A stretch of 64,000 nucleotides of DNA from Flavobacterium sp. (lineage in GTDB: Bacteria; Bacteroidota; Bacteroidia; Flavobacteriales; Flavobacteriaceae). Position 1 is the stretch's first letter, and each line of letters begins with the position of its first letter. This document shows, in pieces, positions 20,173 through 28,084 of the stretch. Position numbers and translations under genes: made by a program. The stretch spans positions 44,307 through 108,306 of the forward strand of contig JANXVF010000080.1 in the NCBI GenBank assembly GCA_025351785.1. The letters are read 5' to 3'. The notes under the pieces were generated by a model. It searched no databases and was not told the DNA's origin. It saw nothing but the letters and a program-made list of their open reading frames with translations.

Positions 20173-20823
20173 TTATATTTGTCTGGTAGCATTATGGTTT
20201 TTCTTCAATGCAAGTCTGTATTCGGCAAGAATTACTTTTACATCATCTGTCATCTCATTATGCAGTTCAGAAACCATTTTTGTATTATAGCCTTCACGAT
20301 ATTCAACATCTCCTTTCACACTTTTACCCTTACGTCCTCTAAGGTTTATTTTTTTATCTATTATAAATACAGTTTCAGTCCCTTCATTTACATCCAAAGT
20401 ATTTATTAATTTCATTTTTTTGTGAAACTCATTTATTGATTCTTTATTTCCAAAAACAAAATGCCAACCATTTAAATCGCCAAGTTTTTTAAGATCATTT
20501 TTCAAATCATTTACCTCATTTTGGGTACCATCAGGACAAATAAACACGATTTGAAAATCTTTAAAATCTTTATTTTTAGCATAAATTTTTTCATAAAGAT
20601 TAAAAAAATTTCCTTTGTGTAAAATGTTTCCACCAAAACCCAAAATTGTAATTTTATTTTTCAAAAAAACAGGTTTTCCATTTTGTGATTTAAAATTTAA
20701 AATTTCAGGCAAAGATTTTGTAAGCATTGGTAGCTTTGCAAAGCTATTTATTCCAGATGCAAAAAATAGATAAGCAACAATAGGAAGGACAAAAAGAACA
20801 AAAAGGACTATGTTTTTTTTCAT
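20173..20823 (-). CDS. Membrane-anchored SCO-like protein lacking CxxxC
   Basis: N-terminal TM helix; ETVFIIDKKINLRGR and TDDVKVILAEY parallel the adjacent SCO protein. Confidence 0.6.
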   Translation of the reverse strand: MKKNIVLFVLFVLPIVAYLFFASGINSFAKLPMLTKSLPEILNFKSQNGKPVFLKNKITILGFGGNILHKGNFFNLYEKIYAKNKDFKDFQIVFICPDGTQNEVNDLKNDLKKLGDLNGWHFVFGNKESINEFHKKMKLINTLDVNEGTETVFIIDKKINLRGRKGKSVKGDVEYREGYNTKMVSELHNEMTDDVKVILAEYRLALKKNHNATRQI

Positions 20824-20846
20824 TTAATAAAAATATTTTGATATTA

Positions 20847-20854
20847 CAAAAATA
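20847..20854 (-). promoter_or_regulatory. -7 promoter box for the SCO-like/SCO/DUF420/CAMC unit
   Basis: TATTTTTG on the minus strand, immediately downstream of a terminator. Confidence 0.65.
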
Positions 20855-20880
20855 AAAAAAGGTACGCTAAACGTACCTTT
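20854..20880 (-). terminator. Intrinsic terminator after subunit IV
   Basis: AAAGGTACG-ctaaa-CGTACCTTT with a T-run on the minus strand. Confidence 0.8.
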
Positions 20881-20899
20881 CAATTGAATTAATATAATG

Positions 20900-21250
20900 T
20901 TAAAAATTCCATTTAATAGTGGCATTTTTAAAAACCCCAAAGATGTAGTGACCTTCTGTGAGAAGAATAAATATAAGATATAATATTAGGAATATTGCTG
21001 TTCCCACTACCATCCAACGAAGAGCTACAACCTCTCCCTCCATGTGCATAAAAGCCCAAACAATATAATATGCCTTAAAAACTGTTAGTATTATAAATAT
21101 CCAGTTAAGGTAATTCATGCCTAAAAAATCGTGCATGTGTAAAATTTCTGGTTTTAAAATACCAAGAAAAACCTCTACTGTGGTTACTATTGAAAGAATT
21201 CCGAAAACCATCCAGATTCTTTTTAAATTAGAAACGTGCTCTTGTGACAT
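20900..21250 (-). CDS. Cytochrome c oxidase subunit IV family protein
   Basis: Three TM helices; ILSIVTTVEV, FKAYYIVWAFMHMEGE. Confidence 0.85.
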   Translation of the reverse strand: MSQEHVSNLKRIWMVFGILSIVTTVEVFLGILKPEILHMHDFLGMNYLNWIFIILTVFKAYYIVWAFMHMEGEVVALRWMVVGTAIFLILYLIFILLTEGHYIFGVFKNATIKWNF

Positions 21251-21269
21251 AATATATAATTTCTTGAAA

Positions 21270-22301
21270 TTAAACTAAATAGAAAAAAGTAAATACGAAT
21301 ACCCAAACTAAATCAACAAAGTGCCAATATAGTCCAACTTTTTCAATCATTTCATAACTTCTTCGCTTTTGATAAGTTCCTAATAACACATTTATAAAAA
21401 TAATTATGTTGATTATAACTCCCGAGAAAACGTGAAATCCGTGAAATCCGGTAATAAAGAAGAAGAAATCAGCAAACAATTTACTTCCATATTCGTTATG
21501 TTGTAAATTTGCCCCTTCAATTACCATAGTTGCATTTGACAATCTTGCCTCTGACTCTGCTCTAGATAATATAAATTTTCTTTTTGTTTTGTTTAATGCT
21601 GGATTAGAGTTTAAACCTTTTGTGGTTTCTAAAGTCTCTTTTCCGTTAATAACTTCAGTTCTAACTAATAATTCTGGATGTTTTTTAAAACCATCTAAAA
21701 CTTGCTTAACAGAATATGTAGGCAACGAACCTTCTTCCATAAACCATCTACCTTTTCCTCGAGTTAATTGCTCTCTTTGTTCGACGGTTGATGTTGCAAA
21801 CTTTTCTAATGCTACTCTTTTACCTTTTGCATCTACAAATTGAAGGATACTTCCTCCTTTTGTTTCGATTGCTCCATATTCACCATGAATAAAATTTTTC
21901 CACTCCCAAGCTTGTGAACCAACAAAAATTATACCTCCGATGATAGTGAGAAACATATAAAACGCTACTTTCTTTTGATTCAAATGATGACCAGCATCTA
22001 CTGCTAAAACCATTGTAACCGACGAAAAAATAAGTATAAATGTCATTAAAGCAACATAGTACATAGGTGCTGAAACTCCGTGCATAAAAGGGAAGTGAGT
22101 GAATACTTCGTCAGCAAGAGGCCAAGTTTCGATGAATTTAAATCTTGAAAAACCGTATGCGGCAAGAAATCCTGAAAAGGTTAATGCATCAGAAACAATG
22201 AAAAACCACATCATTAATTTTCCGTAGCTTGCATTTAATGGTTCATTTCCACCATCCCATGTTTTTCCAGCAGTTTGTGCAGTTGTAACTGTCGCTCCCA
22301 T
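21270..22301 (-). CDS. Cytochrome c oxidase subunit III paralog with a large internal soluble insertion
   Basis: GKLMMWFFIVSD, TFILIFSS, FFITGFHGFHV, GLYWHFVDLVW. Confidence 0.88.
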   Translation of the reverse strand: MGATVTTAQTAGKTWDGGNEPLNASYGKLMMWFFIVSDALTFSGFLAAYGFSRFKFIETWPLADEVFTHFPFMHGVSAPMYYVALMTFILIFSSVTMVLAVDAGHHLNQKKVAFYMFLTIIGGIIFVGSQAWEWKNFIHGEYGAIETKGGSILQFVDAKGKRVALEKFATSTVEQREQLTRGKGRWFMEEGSLPTYSVKQVLDGFKKHPELLVRTEVINGKETLETTKGLNSNPALNKTKRKFILSRAESEARLSNATMVIEGANLQHNEYGSKLFADFFFFITGFHGFHVFSGVIINIIIFINVLLGTYQKRRSYEMIEKVGLYWHFVDLVWVFVFTFFYLV

Positions 22302-22325
22302 AAAAATTATTTATTAAAAAGTGCT

Positions 22326-22333
22326 CAAATTTA
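22326..22333 (-). promoter_or_regulatory. Internal -7 promoter box between the two subunit III genes
   Basis: TAAATTTG on the minus strand within a 42-nt gap. Confidence 0.55.
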
Positions 22334-22343
22334 CGTTTTTTTC

Positions 22344-22925
22344 TTATTTAAAGAAATATATAAACAAAAATAAATATATCCATAAGAAATCGAGAAAGTG
22401 CCAATACATTGCACCTAGCTCAATACCAAGAAATTGGCTTGAATTGTACTTTTGTTTAAAATGATTATAAATAATAACTAATAGTGAAATTATTCCTCCT
22501 GCAAGATGCAAAAGGTGTACTGCAACTATCATATATAAAAAGGATATTGTTATTTTACTTGAAGGTCCAACAGGAACAAGATTATGATCAAATAAAACTG
22601 TAAATCCGTGAAATTGAGAGTAAACAAAAAATAAACCCAAAACTAAAGTTGCTAAAAGTGATAAGGTAGTCTGAGACCTATTATCTTTTTGAATAGATTT
22701 TTTTGCAAAATGAAATGTTACACTACAAAGCATTATAGCTATCAAACTATAGAAAAAAGTGACTGGAATTTCAAAATCATGTAACCAATCTCTTCTTGAT
22801 TTGCTTACTACAAATGCGCTAGTTATTCCTGCAAACATCATTGTCATGCTTATCATTGCAAAAAGCAGTAATAATTTGTAGGAACGAGCAGTTCTTTTTT
22901 TGTATTCTAAGGCGGTCATTGTCAT
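22344..22925 (-). CDS. Cytochrome c oxidase subunit III paralog (short form)
   Basis: HLLHLAGG, AMYWHFLDFLWIYLF; five TM helices. Confidence 0.88.
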   Translation of the reverse strand: MTMTALEYKKRTARSYKLLLLFAMISMTMMFAGITSAFVVSKSRRDWLHDFEIPVTFFYSLIAIMLCSVTFHFAKKSIQKDNRSQTTLSLLATLVLGLFFVYSQFHGFTVLFDHNLVPVGPSSKITISFLYMIVAVHLLHLAGGIISLLVIIYNHFKQKYNSSQFLGIELGAMYWHFLDFLWIYLFLFIYFFK

Positions 22926-22926
22926 A

Positions 22927-23829
22927 TTATCTTAAAAATTTATCTATTATGTAAATTATTTGTAACAAAGTGATATATGAAACACTTACTAACATCAAAG
23001 TACGCGCTGCTTTAGATGTTCTTAGGCGATATAATTTTGTTGCATAAAATAACATCCAAACACCGATAAGAAAAACTAAAATTGTTGCAATATGTGAGAT
23101 ATGCAATCTTCCTGTATATCCTAAACTCGGTAATAAAGAAGCTATTAGTAACCAAACTGTATATAAAAGAATTTGTATAGCTGTTTTAGTATCTTTTTTT
23201 CCTGTGGGAAGCATAAAAAATCCAGCTTTTTTATAATCATCATATAAAAACCATCCTATAGACCAAAAATGTGGAAATTGCCAAAAAAATTGAATTAAAA
23301 ATAAAGTTCCAGCTTCTATCCCAAATTTATTTGTAGCTGCAACCCAACCCAGCATAAAAGGAATTGCACCTGGAAATGCTCCCACAAATACTGAAAGTGG
23401 CGTCATGGTTTTGAGTGGAGTATAGATACTTGTGTAAAGAAAAATAGATATAGCTCCAAACATTGCTGTTTTTTGATTTATCAAATAGAGCAGTATTAAC
23501 CCTATAATAGTGAGTAAACTTGCAATAAGCAAAGCTACATTTGATGACATTCTATTTGAAGGAACTGGGCGATTTTTAGTTCTGTCCATCAATATATCTA
23601 AATCTTTTTCGATAACTTGATTAAACGCGTTTGATGCGCCAACCATGCAATATCCTCCAATAGATAACATAACTAAAACTGACCAACTAAATGGATGTTC
23701 AGAATCAAAACCTAGAAGATAACCAGCAACCGAAGAAAACAAAACGCTTACAGCTAGTCTTGCTTTTGTAATTTCAAGAAAATCTTTATAGATTGCTTTT
23801 AGAGAAACAGGAGTTACTGATGCATCCAA
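22927..23829 (-). CDS. cyoE: Protoheme IX farnesyltransferase (heme O synthase)
   Basis: NQVIEKDLDILMDRTKNRP, YTPLK, GAFPGAIP, WQFPHFW; TTG start. Confidence 0.95.
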   Translation of the reverse strand: MDASVTPVSLKAIYKDFLEITKARLAVSVLFSSVAGYLLGFDSEHPFSWSVLVMLSIGGYCMVGASNAFNQVIEKDLDILMDRTKNRPVPSNRMSSNVALLIASLLTIIGLILLYLINQKTAMFGAISIFLYTSIYTPLKTMTPLSVFVGAFPGAIPFMLGWVAATNKFGIEAGTLFLIQFFWQFPHFWSIGWFLYDDYKKAGFFMLPTGKKDTKTAIQILLYTVWLLIASLLPSLGYTGRLHISHIATILVFLIGVWMLFYATKLYRLRTSKAARTLMLVSVSYITLLQIIYIIDKFLR

Positions 23830-23860
23830 ACTAAAAATGAATTTATTTTTTAATTTTTTG

Positions 23861-23868
23861 CAAAGTTA
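23861..23868 (-). promoter_or_regulatory. -7 promoter box for cyoE
   Basis: TAACTTTG on the minus strand. Confidence 0.65.
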
Positions 23869-23944
23869 CGAATTAGAAAATTGATTTAGAGGTGTAGATT
23901 TTAGATTTTTTTAATGAACGAAAGTTAAATATATTAAAAAGTTC

Positions 23945-23973
23945 AAAAAAAAAGCTCCGCAATGCGGAGCTTT
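23945..23973 (-). terminator. Intrinsic terminator after the Ala-rich lipoprotein gene
   Basis: AAAGCTCCGCA-a-TGCGGAGCTTT with a T-run on the minus strand. Confidence 0.9.
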
Positions 23974-23994
23974 AAACTAGAAATTAAATTCTAA

Positions 23995-24249
23995 TTATTT
24001 TTTTGCTGGAGCAGCAGCTTCAGCAGCTTTAGTTGCATCAGCAGCAGCAGCGTCAACTTTTTCAGTTGCAGCAGCAGCAGTTGAATCTACAGTTGTAGTT
24101 GCAGCAGCAGCAGTTGAATCTACAGTTTCAGTTGCAGCAGCAGCAGTTGAATCAACAGCAGTTGTGTCAGCAGGTGCAGCATCAGCTTGTTTACAAGATA
24201 CTACAGTTAATGCAGCAATGATAGCTAAACTTAAAAATACTTTTTTCAT
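23995..24249 (-). CDS. Small Ala/Thr-rich lipoprotein
   Basis: Lipobox VVSC at residue 19; three VDSTAAAAT(E/T)x repeats. Confidence 0.85.
   Translation of the reverse strand: MKKVFLSLAIIAALTVVSCKQADAAPADTTAVDSTAAAATETVDSTAAAATTTVDSTAAAATEKVDAAAADATKAAEAAAPAKK
24064..24156. repeat. Intragenic 33-bp tandem repeat, about 3 copies
   Basis: AGTTGCAGCAGCAGCAGTTGAATC starts at 24064, 24097 and 24130. Confidence 0.9.
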
Positions 24250-24285
24250 CTTAATTGTTATAAAAGGTTAATTATTAATTCGATG

Positions 24286-24293
24286 CAAAGATA
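24286..24293 (-). promoter_or_regulatory. -7 promoter box for the Ala-rich lipoprotein gene
   Basis: TATCTTTG on the minus strand. Confidence 0.7.
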
Positions 24294-24365
24294 TAAATTT
24301 TTTGATAGGTTAAAATATTTTTTTAACTTTTTTAAAATTTCATCAAAAACAACAAAAATATCTTA

Positions 24366-24381
24366 ACAAATACTATGCCAA
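24366..24381 (-). promoter_or_regulatory. Candidate sigma54 -24/-12 promoter
   Basis: TTGGCATAGTATTTGT on the minus strand, i.e. TGGCAT-N5-TTGT with canonical spacing. Confidence 0.55.
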
Positions 24382-24414
24382 AATTTAGTTAAAATAATAT
24401 AAAGCTAAATAATA

Positions 24415-26562
24415 TTACTTTTTTTTGAGTTTAGGACTTACAAGCACCATTTCTGAAATTAAATTTTTTGCACCAGCATATTTATCAATTATAAATAAAA
24501 CATATCGAGCATCAACCATTATGTTTCTGCAAATATCTGGGCTATAATTAATGTCACTCATTGTTCCTTCCCAAACTCTATCAAAATTCAATCCTATTAG
24601 ATTTCCGTAGGCATCTATTGCTGGACTACCAGAATTTCCTCCTGTTGTGTGATTTGTTCCTATAAAACATACAGGCATTTTATTTTTATATCCATAAACG
24701 CCATAATCTTTAGCATTATATAAATCTATTAATTTTTTAGGAACATCAAATTCATAATCTCCAGGTATGTATTTTTCGATTACTCCATCAAGATAGGTAA
24801 CAGGTTCATAATAAACAGCGTCATTTGGTTTGTATCCTTTTACTTTTCCATAAGTTATTCTTAATGTCGAGTTCGCATCAGGAAATATTCTGTTGTTTGG
24901 AAATAATTCTAAAATTGCTTTCATGTAAGTTCGTTGTAAGCTTATATTTTTAAGAGTTATTTCATCATATTTTGGCAATACGTTTTTGTTGTAAGCATCT
25001 GCCATTGCTTTTATTAGTTGATATCCTTTATCGTTATTTATTTTTTCGATAACAACTTTAGTATCTCCATCTAATAATGTTTTAAAACTTTCATAAGTAG
25101 TTAATTTTGAGTTAGAATAAATATCATCTGTTAAATTTAAAATATCAATAGTATTAAACATTGAAGGTAAAAATTGTTTAGGTGATTTGGTTACATATAA
25201 ATTCATCAAACTTTCAAAAATATTTTTATCTACAGTACTGTTGTAATCTTTATAAAAATCCTCCATCCCTTTTGACAAGCTATTTTTTTTATCTAAAAAT
25301 GCTTGCTCACCTTTTGTATTTAAAATTTGTTCTAGTTGATATAATTTGTATCCAGAGCTTAAAAGTTCAGTATTTCGTAAAACAATTTCCGAAAAATAAT
25401 CGCGTGCTAGGGCATAATCTTTTATATCGTTATAATTTTTCTCAAATTCAGATAATAAATTTCCATATTCATTTTGCTTCCCAAGTTTAACAACTTTTTT
25501 TTGAAAATCACTTTCAAATTTTTGTTTTATGGCTACTGCATCCGATTTTTTTAGACCTTTAGTTTCTCCAATCCATTTTTTCCAATAATTTGCTATTCCA
25601 GCATATTTTGAAGCATATTGAATTTTTATCGTTTGATTTTTTCGCATAAAACCATCTTGAATTTTCAGGGCATTATCACGAATTTCAATTTTTGCCGGAT
25701 TTAAATCATTCATAATTTGATTTACAGCAAAAGATGGTAAATATTCTTGTGTTCTTCCAGGAAAACCAATAACCATTGTAAAATCATTTTCTTCTATTCC
25801 TGAAATTGAAATGGGCAAAAACTTTTTTGGTTTATATGGTACGTTATCAATAGAGTAAGGTGCTGGATGATTATTTTTATCAGCATAAATTCTGAAAAGT
25901 GAAAAATCGCCAGTATGTCGTGGCCAAACCCAGTTATCAGTATCAGACCCAAATTTCCCGATAGAACTTGGAGGAGCGCCTACAAAACGTATGTCTTTAT
26001 AGCTTTCTATTACAAACAATAAATACTGATTTCCGTCATAAAAGGTTTTAATTCTATTTTCTTGCCAAGTTTCTTTTGGTAAATTTTTAGTAAGATCTGA
26101 AATATTTTGTTGTATTTTTTTTTGTTTGTCAGCTTCATTTGATAACGTTGCAACACCCTCTAAAACTCCAGTTGTAACATCTTCAATTTTTATAATAAAT
26201 GTTACTTCTAAATCTTTATTTGGCAGTTCATCTTCCATTTTATATGCCCAAAAGCCATCTTTAAGGTAATCATGTTCAACCGAAGAATGATTTTGAATAG
26301 CATCAAAACCACAATGATGATTTGTTAAAATCAAACCTTTATTAGAAATAACTTCAGACGTACAACCGCCGTTAAATTGTGGCACAGCATCTTTTAAACT
26401 CGAACCGTTTGCATTATAAATATCATTTGCAGAAATTTTCATTCCCAGCAATTTCATTTCGGTTTCATTCATTCCTTTTAACAACGATGGAATCCACATT
26501 CCTCCTTGTTGTGCTTGAGTTTGAACAATAAAAAACAGTAAAAGTAGTTTGATGTATTTCAT
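24415..26562 (-). CDS. S46 family dipeptidyl-peptidase (DPP11-like)
   Basis: Signal peptide, GGMWIP, TNHHCG, catalytic TTGGNSGSP, LNFDRVWE. Confidence 0.92.
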   Translation of the reverse strand: MKYIKLLLLFFIVQTQAQQGGMWIPSLLKGMNETEMKLLGMKISANDIYNANGSSLKDAVPQFNGGCTSEVISNKGLILTNHHCGFDAIQNHSSVEHDYLKDGFWAYKMEDELPNKDLEVTFIIKIEDVTTGVLEGVATLSNEADKQKKIQQNISDLTKNLPKETWQENRIKTFYDGNQYLLFVIESYKDIRFVGAPPSSIGKFGSDTDNWVWPRHTGDFSLFRIYADKNNHPAPYSIDNVPYKPKKFLPISISGIEENDFTMVIGFPGRTQEYLPSFAVNQIMNDLNPAKIEIRDNALKIQDGFMRKNQTIKIQYASKYAGIANYWKKWIGETKGLKKSDAVAIKQKFESDFQKKVVKLGKQNEYGNLLSEFEKNYNDIKDYALARDYFSEIVLRNTELLSSGYKLYQLEQILNTKGEQAFLDKKNSLSKGMEDFYKDYNSTVDKNIFESLMNLYVTKSPKQFLPSMFNTIDILNLTDDIYSNSKLTTYESFKTLLDGDTKVVIEKINNDKGYQLIKAMADAYNKNVLPKYDEITLKNISLQRTYMKAILELFPNNRIFPDANSTLRITYGKVKGYKPNDAVYYEPVTYLDGVIEKYIPGDYEFDVPKKLIDLYNAKDYGVYGYKNKMPVCFIGTNHTTGGNSGSPAIDAYGNLIGLNFDRVWEGTMSDINYSPDICRNIMVDARYVLFIIDKYAGAKNLISEMVLVSPKLKKK

Positions 26563-26591
26563 ATTATTATTTATTATGGTTTAGTTATAAT

Positions 26592-27836
26592 TTAATTTTT
26601 ATGTTCAATTTGATTTAAAATTTTGTTGGTTGCACCTTTATTCATTTGTACAAAAGTGGCACAAATATGTCCCTTTTCTTCTCGTTCATCATCATTATTT
26701 ATAAGCAAATTGAGAGCATCGGTTAATTCTTCCTGATTTGAAATCGAAATACACCCTTTTTGATTCACTAATGCAGTTGCCTCGGCAAAATGAGAAAAAT
26801 TTGGACCTATAACAATAGGGATACTAAATGTAGCGGGTTCTAGGATATTATGAACGCCTGGATTTCCAAATCCGCCACCAACATAAGCAATACTGGCATA
26901 GGAATAGATTTTTGTCAAAATTCCGACAGTATCAATAATAAAAACTTTATAAGTTGCTAAATCTTGGTTTTCTTTCTCTGAAAATAAAACAACTTTAGAT
27001 AAAATTGAATTTTTTAATTCTTGAATTTGCTGTTTGTTTATAGTATGTGGTGCAATGATAAATTTTAAATTTTGGGTTGATTCGTTAATGTATTTCACAA
27101 TTAAATTTTCGTCTTTAGGCCACGAACTTCCTACCACTATTGTAGTTTGATTATTCTTAAATTGTTCTATAAAATCTAAAGTGTTATTTTGATTTAGAAT
27201 AGCAATTACACGATCAAAACGAGTATCGCCTGAGACTATTATATTATTAAAACCTATTTTTTGAAGTAAATTTTTAGAACTTTCATTTTGAACAAAAAAG
27301 TAGTCAAAAGTATATAAAGCATTTCGGTAAAAACGACCGTACCATTTAAAAAAAGCTTGGTTTTCTCTGAAAATACCCGAAATTAAATAGGTTTTTATAT
27401 CAAGTTTTTTTAATTCATTTAAATAGTTGGGCCAATATTCATATTTTATAAAGAAAGCGATTTGAGGATGAGCGAGTTTTAAAAATTTCTTGGCATTAAA
27501 TTTTGTATCTAATGGCAAATAGATTGTTAGATCAGCAAGAGTATTATTTTTTTTAACTTCATATCCAGATGGTGAGAAGAAAGTAATGATTATTTTATGA
27601 TTTGGAAATTTTATTTTTATGGTTTCTATAACGGGGATGCCTTGTTCATATTCGCCTAACGATGCTGCGTGAAACCAAATAGTTTTATCGTTTGAATTTA
27701 TTTTAGATTTTATTTTGGAAAATACATTTTTTCGTCCGTTAACAAAAAGTTTTAGTTTCGGGTTGAAAAACGACAAAATTTGCAATACAATCGAAACAAA
27801 ATTAATAAGAAGGTTGTAAATAAAAAATTGCATCAT
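26592..27836 (-). CDS. waaA: 3-deoxy-D-manno-octulosonic acid (Kdo) transferase
   Basis: IWFHAASLGEYEQ, FFSPSG, YLPLDT, GDTRFD, YVGGGF, HNILEPA. Confidence 0.92.
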   Translation of the reverse strand: MMQFFIYNLLINFVSIVLQILSFFNPKLKLFVNGRKNVFSKIKSKINSNDKTIWFHAASLGEYEQGIPVIETIKIKFPNHKIIITFFSPSGYEVKKNNTLADLTIYLPLDTKFNAKKFLKLAHPQIAFFIKYEYWPNYLNELKKLDIKTYLISGIFRENQAFFKWYGRFYRNALYTFDYFFVQNESSKNLLQKIGFNNIIVSGDTRFDRVIAILNQNNTLDFIEQFKNNQTTIVVGSSWPKDENLIVKYINESTQNLKFIIAPHTINKQQIQELKNSILSKVVLFSEKENQDLATYKVFIIDTVGILTKIYSYASIAYVGGGFGNPGVHNILEPATFSIPIVIGPNFSHFAEATALVNQKGCISISNQEELTDALNLLINNDDEREEKGHICATFVQMNKGATNKILNQIEHKN

Positions 27837-27885
27837 GTAATTTTAGATTTGTAAAAATACAAAATTTATTTTTCTAAAATATAAA

Positions 27886-28014
27886 TTGCTTCCTAGCCCT
27901 GATTGAGTCATTGTTTGAGCTCTTATCTTGTCTCGTTTTTAAAAACGAGATAAGATAAAGCGAGTGACGAAAGCAGGAATGGCGCTTATTGAAAATGCCC
28001 AGACTATTTGCTCC
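27886..28014 (+). ncRNA. Structured intergenic element resembling the Flavo-1 RNA motif or a flavobacterial hairpin repeat
   Basis: CCTAGCCCTGAT ... 18-bp near-perfect palindrome (27923-27958) ... GAAAGCAGGA, with nested pairings CCTG/CAGG and GTCA/TGAC. The family name comes from recall, not from a covariance search. Confidence 0.55.
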
Positions 28015-28056
28015 AAATAAAAAATAGAAGTACAACTAATGTTCGCTTTAAATTCT

Positions 28057-28064
28057 TATTTTTG
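28057..28064 (+). promoter_or_regulatory. -7 promoter box for the DegT-galE operon
   Basis: TATTTTTG about 20 nt before the ATG at 28085. Confidence 0.65.
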
Positions 28065-28084
28065 TATTTCAATATTTATTATAA

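Noticed and set aside
24010-24185. GCA-rich repeats as a CRISPR array or microsatellite
   Set aside because: They are in-frame Ala codons in a lipoprotein gene with no unique spacers.
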